Source of the DNA: an uncultured delta proteobacterium
GTDB lineage: Bacteria; Desulfobacterota; RBG-13-43-22
Direction: 5' to 3'
DNA length: 64,000 bases
Assembly: GCA_963711835.1 (NCBI GenBank)
Contig: CAVQFQ010000004.1
Span: 160,001-224,000, forward strand
The notes below the pieces were generated by a model. It was not told the DNA's origin and did not search any database. It saw nothing but the letters and a program-made list of their open reading frames with translations. The position numbers and the translations under genes were made by a program. Each line of letters opens with the position of its first letter. Positions within the stretch are counted from its first letter, which is position 1. Below are positions 20,998 to 31,800 of the stretch, piece after piece.

Positions 20998-21061
20998 ACA
21001 GCCGCACCTCCTTTATTTTTCTCCAACCAAACGTCGCCTTAATACCAACCTGTATTATAAT

Positions 21062-21826
21062 CTAATCGGAATCCAATTGGGTTCCTTTTTTCAGATGAAT
21101 AAAAAATTCTTTATTCCCTTTGGCCCCCAGAAGAGGGGACTCGACCAACCCGAGAACCTCCAAACCCAGGTCTTTAAAAAAAACGGTTAACTCCTCGACC
21201 ACCTGGGCCTGATCCTCCGGATTTCGAACAATCCCCCCTTTACCCACTTTGCCTTTGCCCACTTCGAATTGGGGTTTTATCAGGGCCACGATGGATCCGG
21301 TGGACCTGATGAGCGGAAGCAAGGCCGGGATCACCAGTTTCAAAGAAATGAAGGAGGTATCCACTACCGCCAGGTCCGCCGTCTCACCAACCTCCTGCGC
21401 CTCCAAAAAGCGGACATTTTTCCGTTCCAGGACTCGAACCCGGGGATCCTGCCGGACCTCCCAGGCCAGTTGTCCGTATCCCACATCAACGGCATGGACC
21501 CGCTTGATACCCTTCGTAAGAAGGCAGTGGCTAAATCCTCCGGTAGAGGCCCCGATATCAAGGGCCACCTTACCGCTGACCGCCAGGTTAAAGGCCTCCA
21601 GGGCCTTTTCCAATTTTACCCCGCCCCGGCTGACATAAGGGGATTCCGGTCCCTTCACCTCCAGCGCCGCTTGAGGATCCACCGCCCGACCGGGTTTATC
21701 CATGGCCTGCCGGTTGACCAATACCTTTCCGGCATAAATCAAGGCCTTGGCCTTCTCCTGACTGGAGGCCAAGCCTCTTTCGACTAACAATCGATCCAGG
21801 CGAATTTTAGGACTTTTTATGGGCAG
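21062..21826 (-). CDS. tlyA: TlyA-family rRNA methyltransferase (start uncertain, overlaps dxs end)
   Basis: RLDRLLVERGL, YVSRGGVKL, DIGASTGGF, LIKPQFE, GNKEF. Confidence 0.92.
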   Translation of the reverse strand: MPIKSPKIRLDRLLVERGLASSQEKAKALIYAGKVLVNRQAMDKPGRAVDPQAALEVKGPESPYVSRGGVKLEKALEAFNLAVSGKVALDIGASTGGFSHCLLTKGIKRVHAVDVGYGQLAWEVRQDPRVRVLERKNVRFLEAQEVGETADLAVVDTSFISLKLVIPALLPLIRSTGSIVALIKPQFEVGKGKVGKGGIVRNPEDQAQVVEELTVFFKDLGLEVLGLVESPLLGAKGNKEFFIHLKKGTQLDSD

Positions 21827-23735
21827 CCACCTCTTCCTGTAAGACGTGGAAAATTCCCTCCCCATCCAGGCCATAGAGGTTCCGGATCTTTTTAGGAGGT
21901 CCCTGCTCCACAAAATGATCCGGGATACCCAGAGAACGAACCCGGATCCCCCGGCAGCCCAATTGATGCAAGCGCTCCATTACCCCGCTTCCAAAACCAC
22001 CTTGGATCATATTTTCCTCAACGGTAACCAGCAGGGAAAATTTTTCATTCAAGGAAGCCAGCATAGCATCATCCATGGGTTTAATAAATCGGGCATTGAT
22101 GACTGAGGCCGTTTGACCTTGAAGGGCCAGGCGTTCGGCAGCCTCCAGGGCCGGATACACGCTCTGGCCTACGGCCAGGATGGCCAGGTCCTCCCCTTCC
22201 CGAAGCCGCTCCCATTGGCCTAAAGGGACCGGTTGAGGATCCCCAAGGAGTGAGACCCCCAACCCGGGGCCCCGAGGGTACCTGATGGCCACCGGTCGAT
22301 TATAGGCCAGGGCGGAAAAAAGCATATCCCGCAATTCCTTTTCATCTTTCGGGGCCAGGATGGCCAGATTCGGCAGGGGTCTGAGATAAGACAGGTCGAA
22401 AAGCCCCTGGTGCGTGGGACCGTCTTCGCCCACGATACCGGCCCGGTCCAGGGCCAGGATAACCGGCAGATTGGGCAGACAGACATCCTGGATAATCTGG
22501 TCATAGGCCCTTTGAAGAAAGGTGGAATAAACGGCCAGCACCGGTTTCAATCCTTCCAGGGCCAGGCCGGCGGCAAAGGTAACGGCATGTTGTTCGGCGA
22601 TCCCCACGTCAAAAAACCGCTGGGGAAACCGCCGGGCAAAGGCGGTCAGGCCGGTCCCTTCCCGCATGGCGGCGGTAATGGCCACCACCCGAAAATCCTT
22701 CTCCGCCAACTGAACCAGGGTCCGGCCGAAGACCTCGGTATACGAAGGAGGGCCGCTGGTTTTGGTGAGGCTGGGGTCCTCGGCCTTGACGTCAAAAGGG
22801 CCCACCCCGTGGAAAAAAGTCGGGTTTTTCTCCGCCGGCGGAAACCCCTGGCCTTTACGGGTCAGGACATGGACCAGGACCGGGGCCTCTATGTGGCGGA
22901 TATTTTCCAGGGTCTCAATCAGGGCCTCCAGGCGATGGCCCTTGATGGGTCCGACGTAATCAAAGCGCAAGGCAGCGAAAAGCATCCCCGGGGTAAAAAA
23001 ACCGGTAAAGGAGTCCTCGCTCTTTTTGGCCCACTGCAGGATATTTTCACCGATCCCCGGGATCGATTTAAAGAAGGATTCCATCTCCCGCTTAAACTGG
23101 ATAAATCCCTTGCCGGTCAGGCGTTTGCTCATAAAGGAAGATAAGGCCCCCACATTGGGGGAAATGGACATCTCGTTGTCGTTTAAAACCACGATCAAAT
23201 CCTTGTTAAGATGGCCGGCCTGGTTCAATCCTTCAAAGGCCTCCCCGGAAGTCAGGGAGCCGTCTCCGATAACGGCGATGATCTTGGCCTTTTCGCGCAT
23301 CAGCTCTTTGGCCGCGGCCAGCCCCACCCCTACGGAGATGGAATTTCCGCTGTGGCCGGTGTCGAAGACATCATGGGGACTTTCTGCCCGCTTCGGGAAA
23401 CCGCTTAAGCCTCCAAAAGTCCTCAGGGTGGGGAACTGCTCCCTCCGGCCGGTTAAGAGTTTATGGGTATAACATTGGTGGCCCACGTCCCAGATAATCT
23501 TATCCTGAGGGCTGTTGAAGACATAATGAAGGGCAATGGTTAATTCCACCACTCCCAGGTTGGGGGCCAGGTGCCCTCCGTTCTTAGCCACCGTCTCAAT
23601 GATTACCGAGCGGACCTCCTGAGCCAGTTCCTTGAGTTCCAGGATGGAAAGGTTCTTCAGGTCAGCCGGCCCTAAGATCCGGTTCAGTATTTTTATCGGT
23701 TGGTTAACGACGGACAATTTATCTTCCTGAATCAT
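21807..23735 (-). CDS. dxs: 1-deoxy-D-xylulose-5-phosphate synthase
   Basis: GGHLAPNLG, WDVGHQ, IGDGS, GIAEQH, DRAGIVGEDGPTH. Confidence 0.97.
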   Translation of the reverse strand: MIQEDKLSVVNQPIKILNRILGPADLKNLSILELKELAQEVRSVIIETVAKNGGHLAPNLGVVELTIALHYVFNSPQDKIIWDVGHQCYTHKLLTGRREQFPTLRTFGGLSGFPKRAESPHDVFDTGHSGNSISVGVGLAAAKELMREKAKIIAVIGDGSLTSGEAFEGLNQAGHLNKDLIVVLNDNEMSISPNVGALSSFMSKRLTGKGFIQFKREMESFFKSIPGIGENILQWAKKSEDSFTGFFTPGMLFAALRFDYVGPIKGHRLEALIETLENIRHIEAPVLVHVLTRKGQGFPPAEKNPTFFHGVGPFDVKAEDPSLTKTSGPPSYTEVFGRTLVQLAEKDFRVVAITAAMREGTGLTAFARRFPQRFFDVGIAEQHAVTFAAGLALEGLKPVLAVYSTFLQRAYDQIIQDVCLPNLPVILALDRAGIVGEDGPTHQGLFDLSYLRPLPNLAILAPKDEKELRDMLFSALAYNRPVAIRYPRGPGLGVSLLGDPQPVPLGQWERLREGEDLAILAVGQSVYPALEAAERLALQGQTASVINARFIKPMDDAMLASLNEKFSLLVTVEENMIQGGFGSGVMERLHQLGCRGIRVRSLGIPDHFVEQGPPKKIRNLYGLDGEGIFHVLQEEVAAHKKS

Positions 23736-23737
23736 GG

Positions 23738-24652
23738 CTAACGATCACGGGTTAGGACGTAAGAACCCACCTCCATTAAGGGGATGGCCCTTGGGCCGAA
23801 AGGGCTCAAGGCCTGGTTGGCCTGGGTCAGCAATCGTTCCGCCGCCTTCCGGGAACCATCCAAACCGACCAGGGCCGGGTAGGTGGCCTTTTTCCGCCGG
23901 GCATCGGTCCCGATGCCTTTACCCATCAGGTGGGCCTGGCCTTCCACGTTCAAGAGATCGTCTTTGATCTGGAAAGCCAGCCCAATTCTTTGGCCGAATT
24001 GCCTCAAGGCCCGCAGGTCCCCGGCCTTCCCTCCTCCCAGGATCCCGCCGCAAACCACTGCGGCCGCTATCAGGGCGCCGGTTTTATGCTGATGGATAAA
24101 ATTAAGAAAGGGGAAAGCCACCTTTTTCTTTTCCCCTTTAAGGTCCGCCTCCTGTCCGGCCACCATGCCTTGGATGCCGGCCGCCCGGGCGATTTCCCGG
24201 ATGACGGCTATCCGCTTTTCAGCCGGGACCGTCTTCATCACCTCCCGGCGGCTTAAAAGGGCAAAGGCTTCGGTCAGCAAGGCATCTCCGGCCAGGATGG
24301 CCGTAGCCTGGCCGAATTTTTTATGGCAGCTCTGCTGGCCTCTCCTGAAATCGTCGTTATCCAGGGCCGGGAGGTCGTCATGGATCAGAGAATAGGTATG
24401 GATATATTCAAAAGCGCAGGCCGCCGGCAGGGCCGTGACCCAGCGCCCGCCCACCGCCTGGCAGGCCAGGAGGCACAGGAGCGGCCTCAGCCGTTTCCCT
24501 CCGGCGAAGAGGCTGTATTCCATGGCCCAATGAACCCGGTCAGCGTATGGGCCGGGTTTCGGAAAGTACCGGCGCAAAGCCTCATCAACCCGTTTCTGAT
24601 AAAGAGCCATTTTGGGGGGTGCGGCACCAGCCAAGTTATTCCTCTTCCTCAT
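23738..24652 (-). CDS. ispA: Farnesyl/geranylgeranyl diphosphate synthase
   Basis: GGKRLRP, HDDLPALDNDDFRRG, KTGAL, FQIKDD; xseB-ispA-dxs order. Confidence 0.93.
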   Translation of the reverse strand: MRKRNNLAGAAPPKMALYQKRVDEALRRYFPKPGPYADRVHWAMEYSLFAGGKRLRPLLCLLACQAVGGRWVTALPAACAFEYIHTYSLIHDDLPALDNDDFRRGQQSCHKKFGQATAILAGDALLTEAFALLSRREVMKTVPAEKRIAVIREIARAAGIQGMVAGQEADLKGEKKKVAFPFLNFIHQHKTGALIAAAVVCGGILGGGKAGDLRALRQFGQRIGLAFQIKDDLLNVEGQAHLMGKGIGTDARRKKATYPALVGLDGSRKAAERLLTQANQALSPFGPRAIPLMEVGSYVLTRDR

Positions 24653-24872
24653 CCAAAGGAAAGGGCTGGGTTTTCAGACTCCCGTCCTCGGACTTGATCA
24701 GCAACTCCACCTTCTTCTGGACCTCGGTCAACTTCTGGGAACAGAGTTTCGAAAGACGCATCCCCTCTTCAAAAAGTTTGAGAGACTCCTCCAGGGAGAG
24801 ATCCCCGCCTTCCATCTTGTTGACAATGGCTTCCAGTTTCTTGAAGGCCTCTTCAAATCGTTCCTTTGACAA
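24636..24872 (-). CDS. xseB: Exodeoxyribonuclease VII small subunit
   Basis: FEEAFKKLEAIV..LSLEESLKLFEEG. Confidence 0.95.
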   Translation of the reverse strand: MSKERFEEAFKKLEAIVNKMEGGDLSLEESLKLFEEGMRLSKLCSQKLTEVQKKVELLIKSEDGSLKTQPFPLDEEEE

Positions 24873-26232
24873 AATCCAACTCCTCCTTCTTGTGGGTCTT
24901 CTCTACCCGGCAATCCATTTCGCCACGGGCCAGGATTACCCGGATGGCCTGTCCGGGCTGGACCGCCTCGGCATCTTTTACTAGTTTCAAACCGGGCAGG
25001 GTTTGGGTCAAGGCATAGCCCCGCTCCAAAACATTCCAGGGACTAAGGGCCTGAAGGGCCTTTCCCTGGGTCTGGAGACCCATCCCCAGTTTGTTGATTT
25101 GCTGGGCCATGAGATGCTTCAACCTGGTTGTGGTCAGCTCCAGATGGCTTTGGTTTGTCCGGACCTGAACCAGAGGATTCAGTCCCAGGATCCTTTCCCG
25201 GACCCAGCGAAGTCCATCGGTTCGGTTCCTTAGATGGATGACCAATCCTCTTCGAAGTCGTTCTGAATGATCATCCAGCCGCAGGGCCAGGTCGGCCAGA
25301 CGCCGTCTGGGATCCCCCAACCGTCTTTGGAAATAGTGCAGTTTTTCCCAGCGAAAACGCAGGGCCTGTTTCAATCGATAGGCCAGCCGGTTTTCAAGGT
25401 CTTCAATTTTTTCCTCCCATTCGGCCTGGGGACGTATCAATAATTCAGCGGCCGCTGAGGGCGTGGAGGCCCTGAGATCGGCTGCGAAATCAGCTATCGT
25501 AAAATCCACCTCATGGCCGATAGCTGAAATAACCGGAATGGCCGATGCCGCAATGGCCCGGGCCACCCGTTCTTCGTTGAAGGCCCAAAGATCCTCGAGT
25601 GAGCCGCCTCCCCTGGTCAGGACAACCACCTCAAGGCCCAGGGAAGACCGGTTCAACATGGATAGGGCCTGGGCAATCTCATGAGAGGCCGTCTCCCCCT
25701 GAACCAGGACCGGAAAAATGAAGACCTGAATGTTCTGAAACCGGCGGTAGAGGACCCTCAAAAAATCCCGGATGGCCGCCCCGCTGGGCGAGGTGACCAC
25801 GGCTACGGTGCGGGGAAGTTCGGGGATCGGTTTTTTCCGGGCCTCATCAAACAGCCCCTCATCCAGGAGGCGTTGTTTCAGTTTTTCAAAGGCCAGCTGA
25901 AGGGCCCCCCAGCCTTTCAACTCCATCCTCTCCAGTATGATCTGGTATTCTCCCCGGCCGGCATAGACGCTCAAGCGGCCCTGGCAAAGGACCTGAAGGC
26001 CATCTTCCGGCAGGAAACTCAAAGAACCCTGGCTGGACTTGAAAAAAACGACCCGGATCTGGCTGTTGGCGTCCTTTAAAGAGAAATAATAGTGGCCGCT
26101 GGGGGGGACCCGAAAATTGGAGATCTCCCCCTCTAACCAGACCAGGGGAAACTCCTCTTCAAGCAGGTCCTTGATCTCCCGGGTCAGTTCGGAGACCGTA
26201 TAGATTTTTTGCTCGTAGTCCGTCCGGGTCAC
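24853..26232 (-). CDS. xseA: Exodeoxyribonuclease VII large subunit
   Basis: GEISNF, SGHYYFSLKD, RGGGSLEDLWAFN, IGHEVD, LERGYA. Confidence 0.96.
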   Translation of the reverse strand: MTRTDYEQKIYTVSELTREIKDLLEEEFPLVWLEGEISNFRVPPSGHYYFSLKDANSQIRVVFFKSSQGSLSFLPEDGLQVLCQGRLSVYAGRGEYQIILERMELKGWGALQLAFEKLKQRLLDEGLFDEARKKPIPELPRTVAVVTSPSGAAIRDFLRVLYRRFQNIQVFIFPVLVQGETASHEIAQALSMLNRSSLGLEVVVLTRGGGSLEDLWAFNEERVARAIAASAIPVISAIGHEVDFTIADFAADLRASTPSAAAELLIRPQAEWEEKIEDLENRLAYRLKQALRFRWEKLHYFQRRLGDPRRRLADLALRLDDHSERLRRGLVIHLRNRTDGLRWVRERILGLNPLVQVRTNQSHLELTTTRLKHLMAQQINKLGMGLQTQGKALQALSPWNVLERGYALTQTLPGLKLVKDAEAVQPGQAIRVILARGEMDCRVEKTHKKEELDFVKGTI

Positions 26233-26586
26233 TTTATCAGCCGCTTTCAGAACTCAAATCCCCCCTGAAACCGTTCCTAATCCCAATCGGTTGGGGGGAT
26301 TAACCTGATATATCGGTCCGTTTGGCCGATTCCTAAACTAATAAAGTATTATAACTGGAAAGGCGCCAAAATTCAAATGATTTCGCTTTATGAAGTGACC
26401 TCAGTGTTTCACAAAGTTTGCACGCTGGGGCAGATACAAGAACAGAATTCTGGACAGCCGACAAGCCCCTTTGACAGACCGCCCTTCAAGCCAATGCCTC
26501 CTGGGTGAAATGGATCGGTGAGTTCAACTGACTGGAATACTACGGAGATTTTTTGGGTTCGGTTTTGAGGAATCGAGAGTCGACAA

Positions 26587-27495
26587 TCAGGATGCAAAGA
26601 AAATAAATCCCAAATTCCGGAATTGAGAATCCTGTCCATTGCTTTCAACTTCCCGACAATCAAAAATTACCGGGACATTCTGTTCACCGGCCAGGGCCTT
26701 TATCCTTTCGAAAATTCCCGGGGACAGGCGTTCCATTGAGAACCTCCGCCTGCAAACGCCGCAGGTATAGCTTAAGTTGAGTACATAGGCATCGACGACC
26801 CCTTCCAGCAGGCTCAGAGCCGAGGGAGAGGCCAGGTACGGGTAATTCCAAGCCAGAGGGACCTGCCAATCATCCGGCGCCTGCCTCAAGAATGTAAAAA
26901 TGGACGGCAAGGATCCTTCAAGGTTTCCGCCATTAAAATACAGGAAGCGGACTTCTCCCCTATTGAGCTTTTTCCAAAGATGATGATCCAGGATGGCCTC
27001 AAAATCCGCTTCCCGATCAGGCACTGTTTCTTTTTGACAGGAACGACAGATAGCTACTGAACCGGCCAGGTTGATAATCCAGGCCGGGGACAACGGCGAA
27101 TCCGGGCTCTTGGATATGGAAACGTCCGATATTTTTGCCTGCCAGCCTGCACCGCAAATGCTTGATTCCCACCGGGTCCGGTCCGACCAGCATAGCCGCC
27201 AACACAAAGAACAGTTCTTCAAAAAGTGATGGAGGATCTCGATTTTCAAGTCCAGGAGCGAGGCCTCCCCCTTCCTGCAGGAGGTCAAACCTATTTCCGA
27301 ACGAAATAAGGTCATCAACTCATCATGAAGGTCCAAAAGCACATGCAGCGATTTACTTTTAATTTTTTTCAGACCGAGGCCGCAGGTTATTCTCTTGATT
27401 TCTTGGAATCGGGGCAGATTTTTAAAAGGCGCTCCATTTTTCAGGCAGCGCCTGGAAAACGGTCGGAGTAGGTCAATCTCTGCTGACTTCTTCAT
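26587..27495 (-). CDS. Degenerate PflX-like protein (radical SAM superfamily relative, incomplete CxxxCxxC)
   Basis: SLLDLKIEI..LKNCSLCWRLC..R....ICG and LLEGVVDAY resemble PflX; the cluster motif reads GSVAICRSCQ; ATG 27495 has GGAAGGA upstream. Confidence 0.6.
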   Translation of the reverse strand: MKKSAEIDLLRPFSRRCLKNGAPFKNLPRFQEIKRITCGLGLKKIKSKSLHVLLDLHDELMTLFRSEIGLTSCRKGEASLLDLKIEILHHFLKNCSLCWRLCWSDRTRWESSICGAGWQAKISDVSISKSPDSPLSPAWIINLAGSVAICRSCQKETVPDREADFEAILDHHLWKKLNRGEVRFLYFNGGNLEGSLPSIFTFLRQAPDDWQVPLAWNYPYLASPSALSLLEGVVDAYVLNLSYTCGVCRRRFSMERLSPGIFERIKALAGEQNVPVIFDCREVESNGQDSQFRNLGFIFFAS

Positions 27496-27589
27496 GGGTT
27501 CCTTCCCCCGGATAAAAAGGGAAGGCAGGGCCGAGATGGCCCTGCCTGGTGAGTCGCCAGATAACACTATTTTTTAATCTTCAGCCCGA

Positions 27590-28303
27590 TCACTTGCTTC
27601 TTTCATTCGGGTTAAAAAACCATCTGGGCCCTACAATCTTCATGTTAGTACCCGAACTGCTGCAGATTCTCTCCAACACTTTAACTGGACCTGGAACAAT
27701 TCCAATACCTGGATAAGGAAAATTATAAAAATCGACCGTCTCCACGTTCGTCTCCGTGTCGCTTCTAAGCGCTAAGATATTACCCATGGTGCCGAGAAGT
27801 TGGCCCTTCGAGCGAACACCATTTATCACCATATAAAATTCGGGGGGGTAAGGAGGTAAAGTGAAAGGGCCCGCTGATGGATCAATTCTACAGTCGCCCT
27901 CGCCTTCAGTCGACAGATCATGGTTGACCTTGTAGGTTCCCCGGCATTCCATGTCGTACTGGGACACGGGGGATTTCAAAGGGGCCGTACTACCGACGGG
28001 ATCGTGGGTCAAGGACAGAACCTGCCCCCGAAAGGTATATCCTCCGTGGCCGTCATAGGAAGTGACTCCCTGGGATGAGCCACTGACCATAACCGAGGTC
28101 AAACCCGGTGGGTCAGGGTTGCGGTTTAGGTCCTGATCAAAATTCCCGTAGGCCGAGGCACAGACGAAGGACATATTCGACGCGTAGTCCCCGGTGAGCA
28201 GTCTGTTCAAGTCCCACGCCCCGGCCGGGGCGGCAATAAACACAGCCAAGAGCGCGATGGCGGCGGTAATAAAGCAAACCTTTATTCCTTTTATTTTATT
28301 CAT
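27590..28303 (-). CDS. Secreted hypothetical protein, beta-rich, 4 Cys in the mature part
   Basis: Signal peptide MNKIKGIKVCFITAAIALLAVFIAAPAGA; AAAGGAG SD. Confidence 0.75.
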   Translation of the reverse strand: MNKIKGIKVCFITAAIALLAVFIAAPAGAWDLNRLLTGDYASNMSFVCASAYGNFDQDLNRNPDPPGLTSVMVSGSSQGVTSYDGHGGYTFRGQVLSLTHDPVGSTAPLKSPVSQYDMECRGTYKVNHDLSTEGEGDCRIDPSAGPFTLPPYPPEFYMVINGVRSKGQLLGTMGNILALRSDTETNVETVDFYNFPYPGIGIVPGPVKVLERICSSSGTNMKIVGPRWFFNPNERSK

Positions 28304-28376
28304 GATGCTCTCCTTTCATAAGTCCATCTAAGGTTACTGGTATCCAACAACTCCCCTGCCGACACAACCAAGCCCC

Positions 28377-28616
28377 TCACCTCCTTTCCTCTTCCCTCCG
28401 AGGGTGCGTCATATTGTCATTTATAAATGTCCCTTTTTCTGGAGAATCGGCATCTGCCGATTCCCCGGGTGAATTTAAGATTTCCCAGAGCTCATCATAA
28501 CTCTGGAAGGCTTTTTTCCCCTTTTTCCCTGTCTCAAGCACGACCCCTACCAGACTTTTGGGATGGTCCTTCTCAAAGCGGTAGATCCGGATGATGTAAC
28601 TGGCGACAAAGTTCAT
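28377..28616 (-). CDS. Small hypothetical protein (SYIIRIYR...LVGVV...AF.SYDELWEIL)
   Basis: 79-aa ORF with GGGG SD-like sequence, co-oriented between the regulator and the secreted protein. Confidence 0.7.
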   Translation of the reverse strand: MNFVASYIIRIYRFEKDHPKSLVGVVLETGKKGKKAFQSYDELWEILNSPGESADADSPEKGTFINDNMTHPRREEERR

Positions 28617-28734
28617 ACTGTGCCCCCAAGAAAAGAACCAACAGGCCTTCTTCGCCTAAATCTGCGGATCCCCGGAAGACCTGACGGATGATATTTTTGG
28701 TTTTAAATATAGAATGAATTATTCTTTTGTTTCT

Positions 28735-28768
28735 TGAATAACACGGGGGTTGTTACAGATATGGTACG
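28735..28768 (-). promoter_or_regulatory. Candidate SARP-type operator/promoter
   Basis: Minus strand reads cGTACCA-tatct-GTAACA (11-bp period), then 10 nt, then TATTCA; no TTGACA. Confidence 0.45.
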
Positions 28769-28823
28769 GATTGGGGGGGGATAAAAATTTTGGAGGGGGT
28801 TCGAAAGAGTTATTTTACCGTTC

Positions 28824-31800
28824 TTATGGCGCAGAAGCCAGCAGGCTGTCCCGTATGGCCCTGGTTTTAGCGGCGGGTGCGATATCCAGTTCCTTTTTGA
28901 GCCTTTTCTCAAAACTTTTGTATAACGACAGGGCCTCGGCCTTCAAATCCAGGTTCCGGCAGCAGACCATGGCTCCCTGGCAGAACTCCTCGGCCAGGTT
29001 GTCGACCTCGAGGCCTTTCTGATAACATTCCCGGGCCTTTTCCCACTCTCCGTCTTTGCTCCAGTAGGAACCCAACTTTTCCACCCCGCGCAGGAACTTG
29101 CTGCGCAGCCTTTCACCGGCAGCCAACAGCCAGGATTCCTCCATCTCCCGGCCCATAAAATAGCCCTGGTAAAAACCGACGGCTTTTTCCAGAAGCGGAA
29201 CAGCGGCCCCGGGATCGCATCCATCGGCCTCTCCCAAAAGCCGTTCAAAGGCCCAGGCATCGATCCAGCAAAGGCGATCGTCAAGAGACACCCGCCTTTC
29301 CCTGACCTTAACCGTATCCTCCCTCCCGGCGAGGCTACGGAGACGGTGCAGGGTGGTCCTCAGCGACTGGAGTGCCGCATCGCCATCGGCCTCCGGCCAG
29401 AGGGCATCGGCCAGTTCCTCATCCCGGGTGCCTCTGACCCCGGCGGCAATCAGGGCCTGGAGCAGTTCGAGGGGCTTTTTCTGGGCCTTGCGGGAAAAGC
29501 GGAGGGGCTGCCCATCTTTATAAATGACGAATTGCCCCAAGGTAGTCACCTTCAGCGGCCAGGGCCAATTTTCCAGATGGACCGGAGGATTTTCCGGCAC
29601 CAGTCTTCTCCGGCGGATGATTTCCTGGACGTATTCCACCTCGATCCCCTCTTCCAGCGCCTTCTGGCAGAGAAAGGCGGTATCGGCCGGACAATCAATG
29701 AAGGTATTCAATAACCTCGCTTCTTTCCCCAGGGCCAACGCCTCCCGGAGAGACCTGAGGCCCTTGTTTTCCTCCCGGTTCTTGAAGGCCAGATGGGCCT
29801 GCTGCAGCCGGGCGTTGAATTCCAGGAATAGGCTCTTGATCTGCCGGGAGGAGGCCAGGCCCTGGGAAAGGTATTCCCGGGCCTTGTCATCCTTCCCGCA
29901 ATGATTCAGGATGGCGGCATTCAACAGATAGGCGGACCCGATAATGAACGGAGCGCCGGTGTCGATCGCGAACGCGAAGGGCTTGTTCCCCATGGATAGC
30001 CGCCTGATCGTATTTCCCGAGAATAAGTTCTTCTCTGGCTAAACCGACATAATATATGTTTTGATCACGGGTGGCCATTGCCTTGTTTTCCATTCCCGGG
30101 CTGGTCATGGAAGTGGATAACCGGTTAATGAAAAGGCCCGCCTTTTCGGTGTCATTCATATTCAGTGAATTCTGAATGGCGTGGAACAGTATAAAATCGT
30201 CCAGAGAATGAAACCCCAAGGCTCGAAAAAACTCGAGACCCTCGTGAACGGACTTCTGGCATTTTTCAGGGAAACCCGCCACCTCAAAAAACAATGCCTC
30301 TCCCGAGTAGCCCCAACCACGAATGGGCGACCGAATTTCCAGGGTCTGCGTCAGTGCGCTGAGCATTTCCAGCGCCAGGGTGGCCTTATCAAAACGGCCG
30401 GTGTAGACTCCATAAAGCACCAGATGGAATAGAAGCATCATTCTTTCAGTTTTAAATTCAGGGGCCTCCGTCAGGGCCAGAGCGCGATCCGCCCATTGTT
30501 CTATCTCCGGATGACCCGACTGTCTCTGGGCCAACGCCGAAAACATGGACGTTGAAACCAGAGCCCCTATCCAGGGAGAAGGAAATTCCTGGAAGGGATC
30601 CCGGATATGAAGTTTAAGTTCATCAATCCAACGGTCCAATTGATCATACCCTTTAATGCAGTGAATGATGACCCGAATGACACTGCTCCAGGCCAGCAGC
30701 ATCCCTGCTATCTCCCCCTCTTGCTTGAATTTTTCATAAGACCGCTCCAGGAAATCACGGCTTAAAAGCAGATCAAGAAAACTCCCCGCTGCCCCTTTCC
30801 AGAAAAGAAGCCAGGCATCCTGTTCAATCAGATCGCTTGGCAGCCCGTCCAACCATTCGGCCAGCAGATTGAGCCTTCCCTGCAACGACAGGGTCGAAGC
30901 CTGTTGGAGGATGATCCGTTTCATCATTTCCCGGTCCTCGGCTTCCCGGGCCAAAATAAAGGCTTCTTCGATCTGTCCGGCTGTTTCCAGCAGATGAACG
31001 GCCCTCCGGTTTAAGTCCATGAACATATCCGGAGAGAAATGCACCTTAGCCTGCTTTCGCAAAAAGGTCCTGAACAGGGGGTGATACTGGTAAACCGGCT
31101 CTTTTAGGGATCGCTGATCGATGAAATAATTGTTCCGCATTAACCCGGCCAGGATGGAACCGGCCTGGGCAAGGCCGCTCAGCGTTTCCGCCATTCCGAC
31201 GGTCATTTGAGGCAGGATAGCCGTCCGGAGGAGAAAATCTTTTGTCTCCGGACTGGTTCGGTCGAAAATCTCCTTTCCAAAATATTGGATGATCCCCTCC
31301 TGGGAGGTATCACCAACTTTCCCGGGGAAGATCCCCTGCCTGAGGCCTTGCAGTATCAGGATCAACCCGGCCGCCCAGCCGTCAACCAAAGCGTGCAGCT
31401 GCCGAATCGTTTCCCCTGGAAGATCCCGATCGGGTCTCAATCTGACGATCTCCACCGATTCTTCCAAGGTCAGGCGCAGATCTTCCCAGGTCAATAGAGC
31501 CAATTGTTGATTCGCCTGGAGCCTGATCCATGATGGAGGGGGGGCGCCCCGGCTGATCAGCACCAGGTGCATGCCCGGGGGGAGTTCATTCACCCCCAGC
31601 AGAATGACCTCCTGGACTATCGAATCCTCCGGAATGAACTGGAAATTGTCTAAAACCAGAACCGTGCCGGGTTTTAAGCTGCTGAAGGCTTCCTTGAAAA
31701 AACGCCGGGCAAAGGCAGGTATGTCCTGGAGATATTCCGGAGTTAACAGGGACAGGGGTTTTTTTCGACGGGGATAGGCCTCGTTAAAAGAGGACCCCAG

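Noticed and set aside
21827-21913. Long N-terminal extension of tlyA
   Set aside because: It lies inside dxs; TlyA similarity begins only at KIRLD.
26409-26663. 84-aa Cys-containing ORF as a continuation of the PflX-like gene
   Set aside because: No recognisable PflX C-terminal motifs and no convincing ribosome-binding site.
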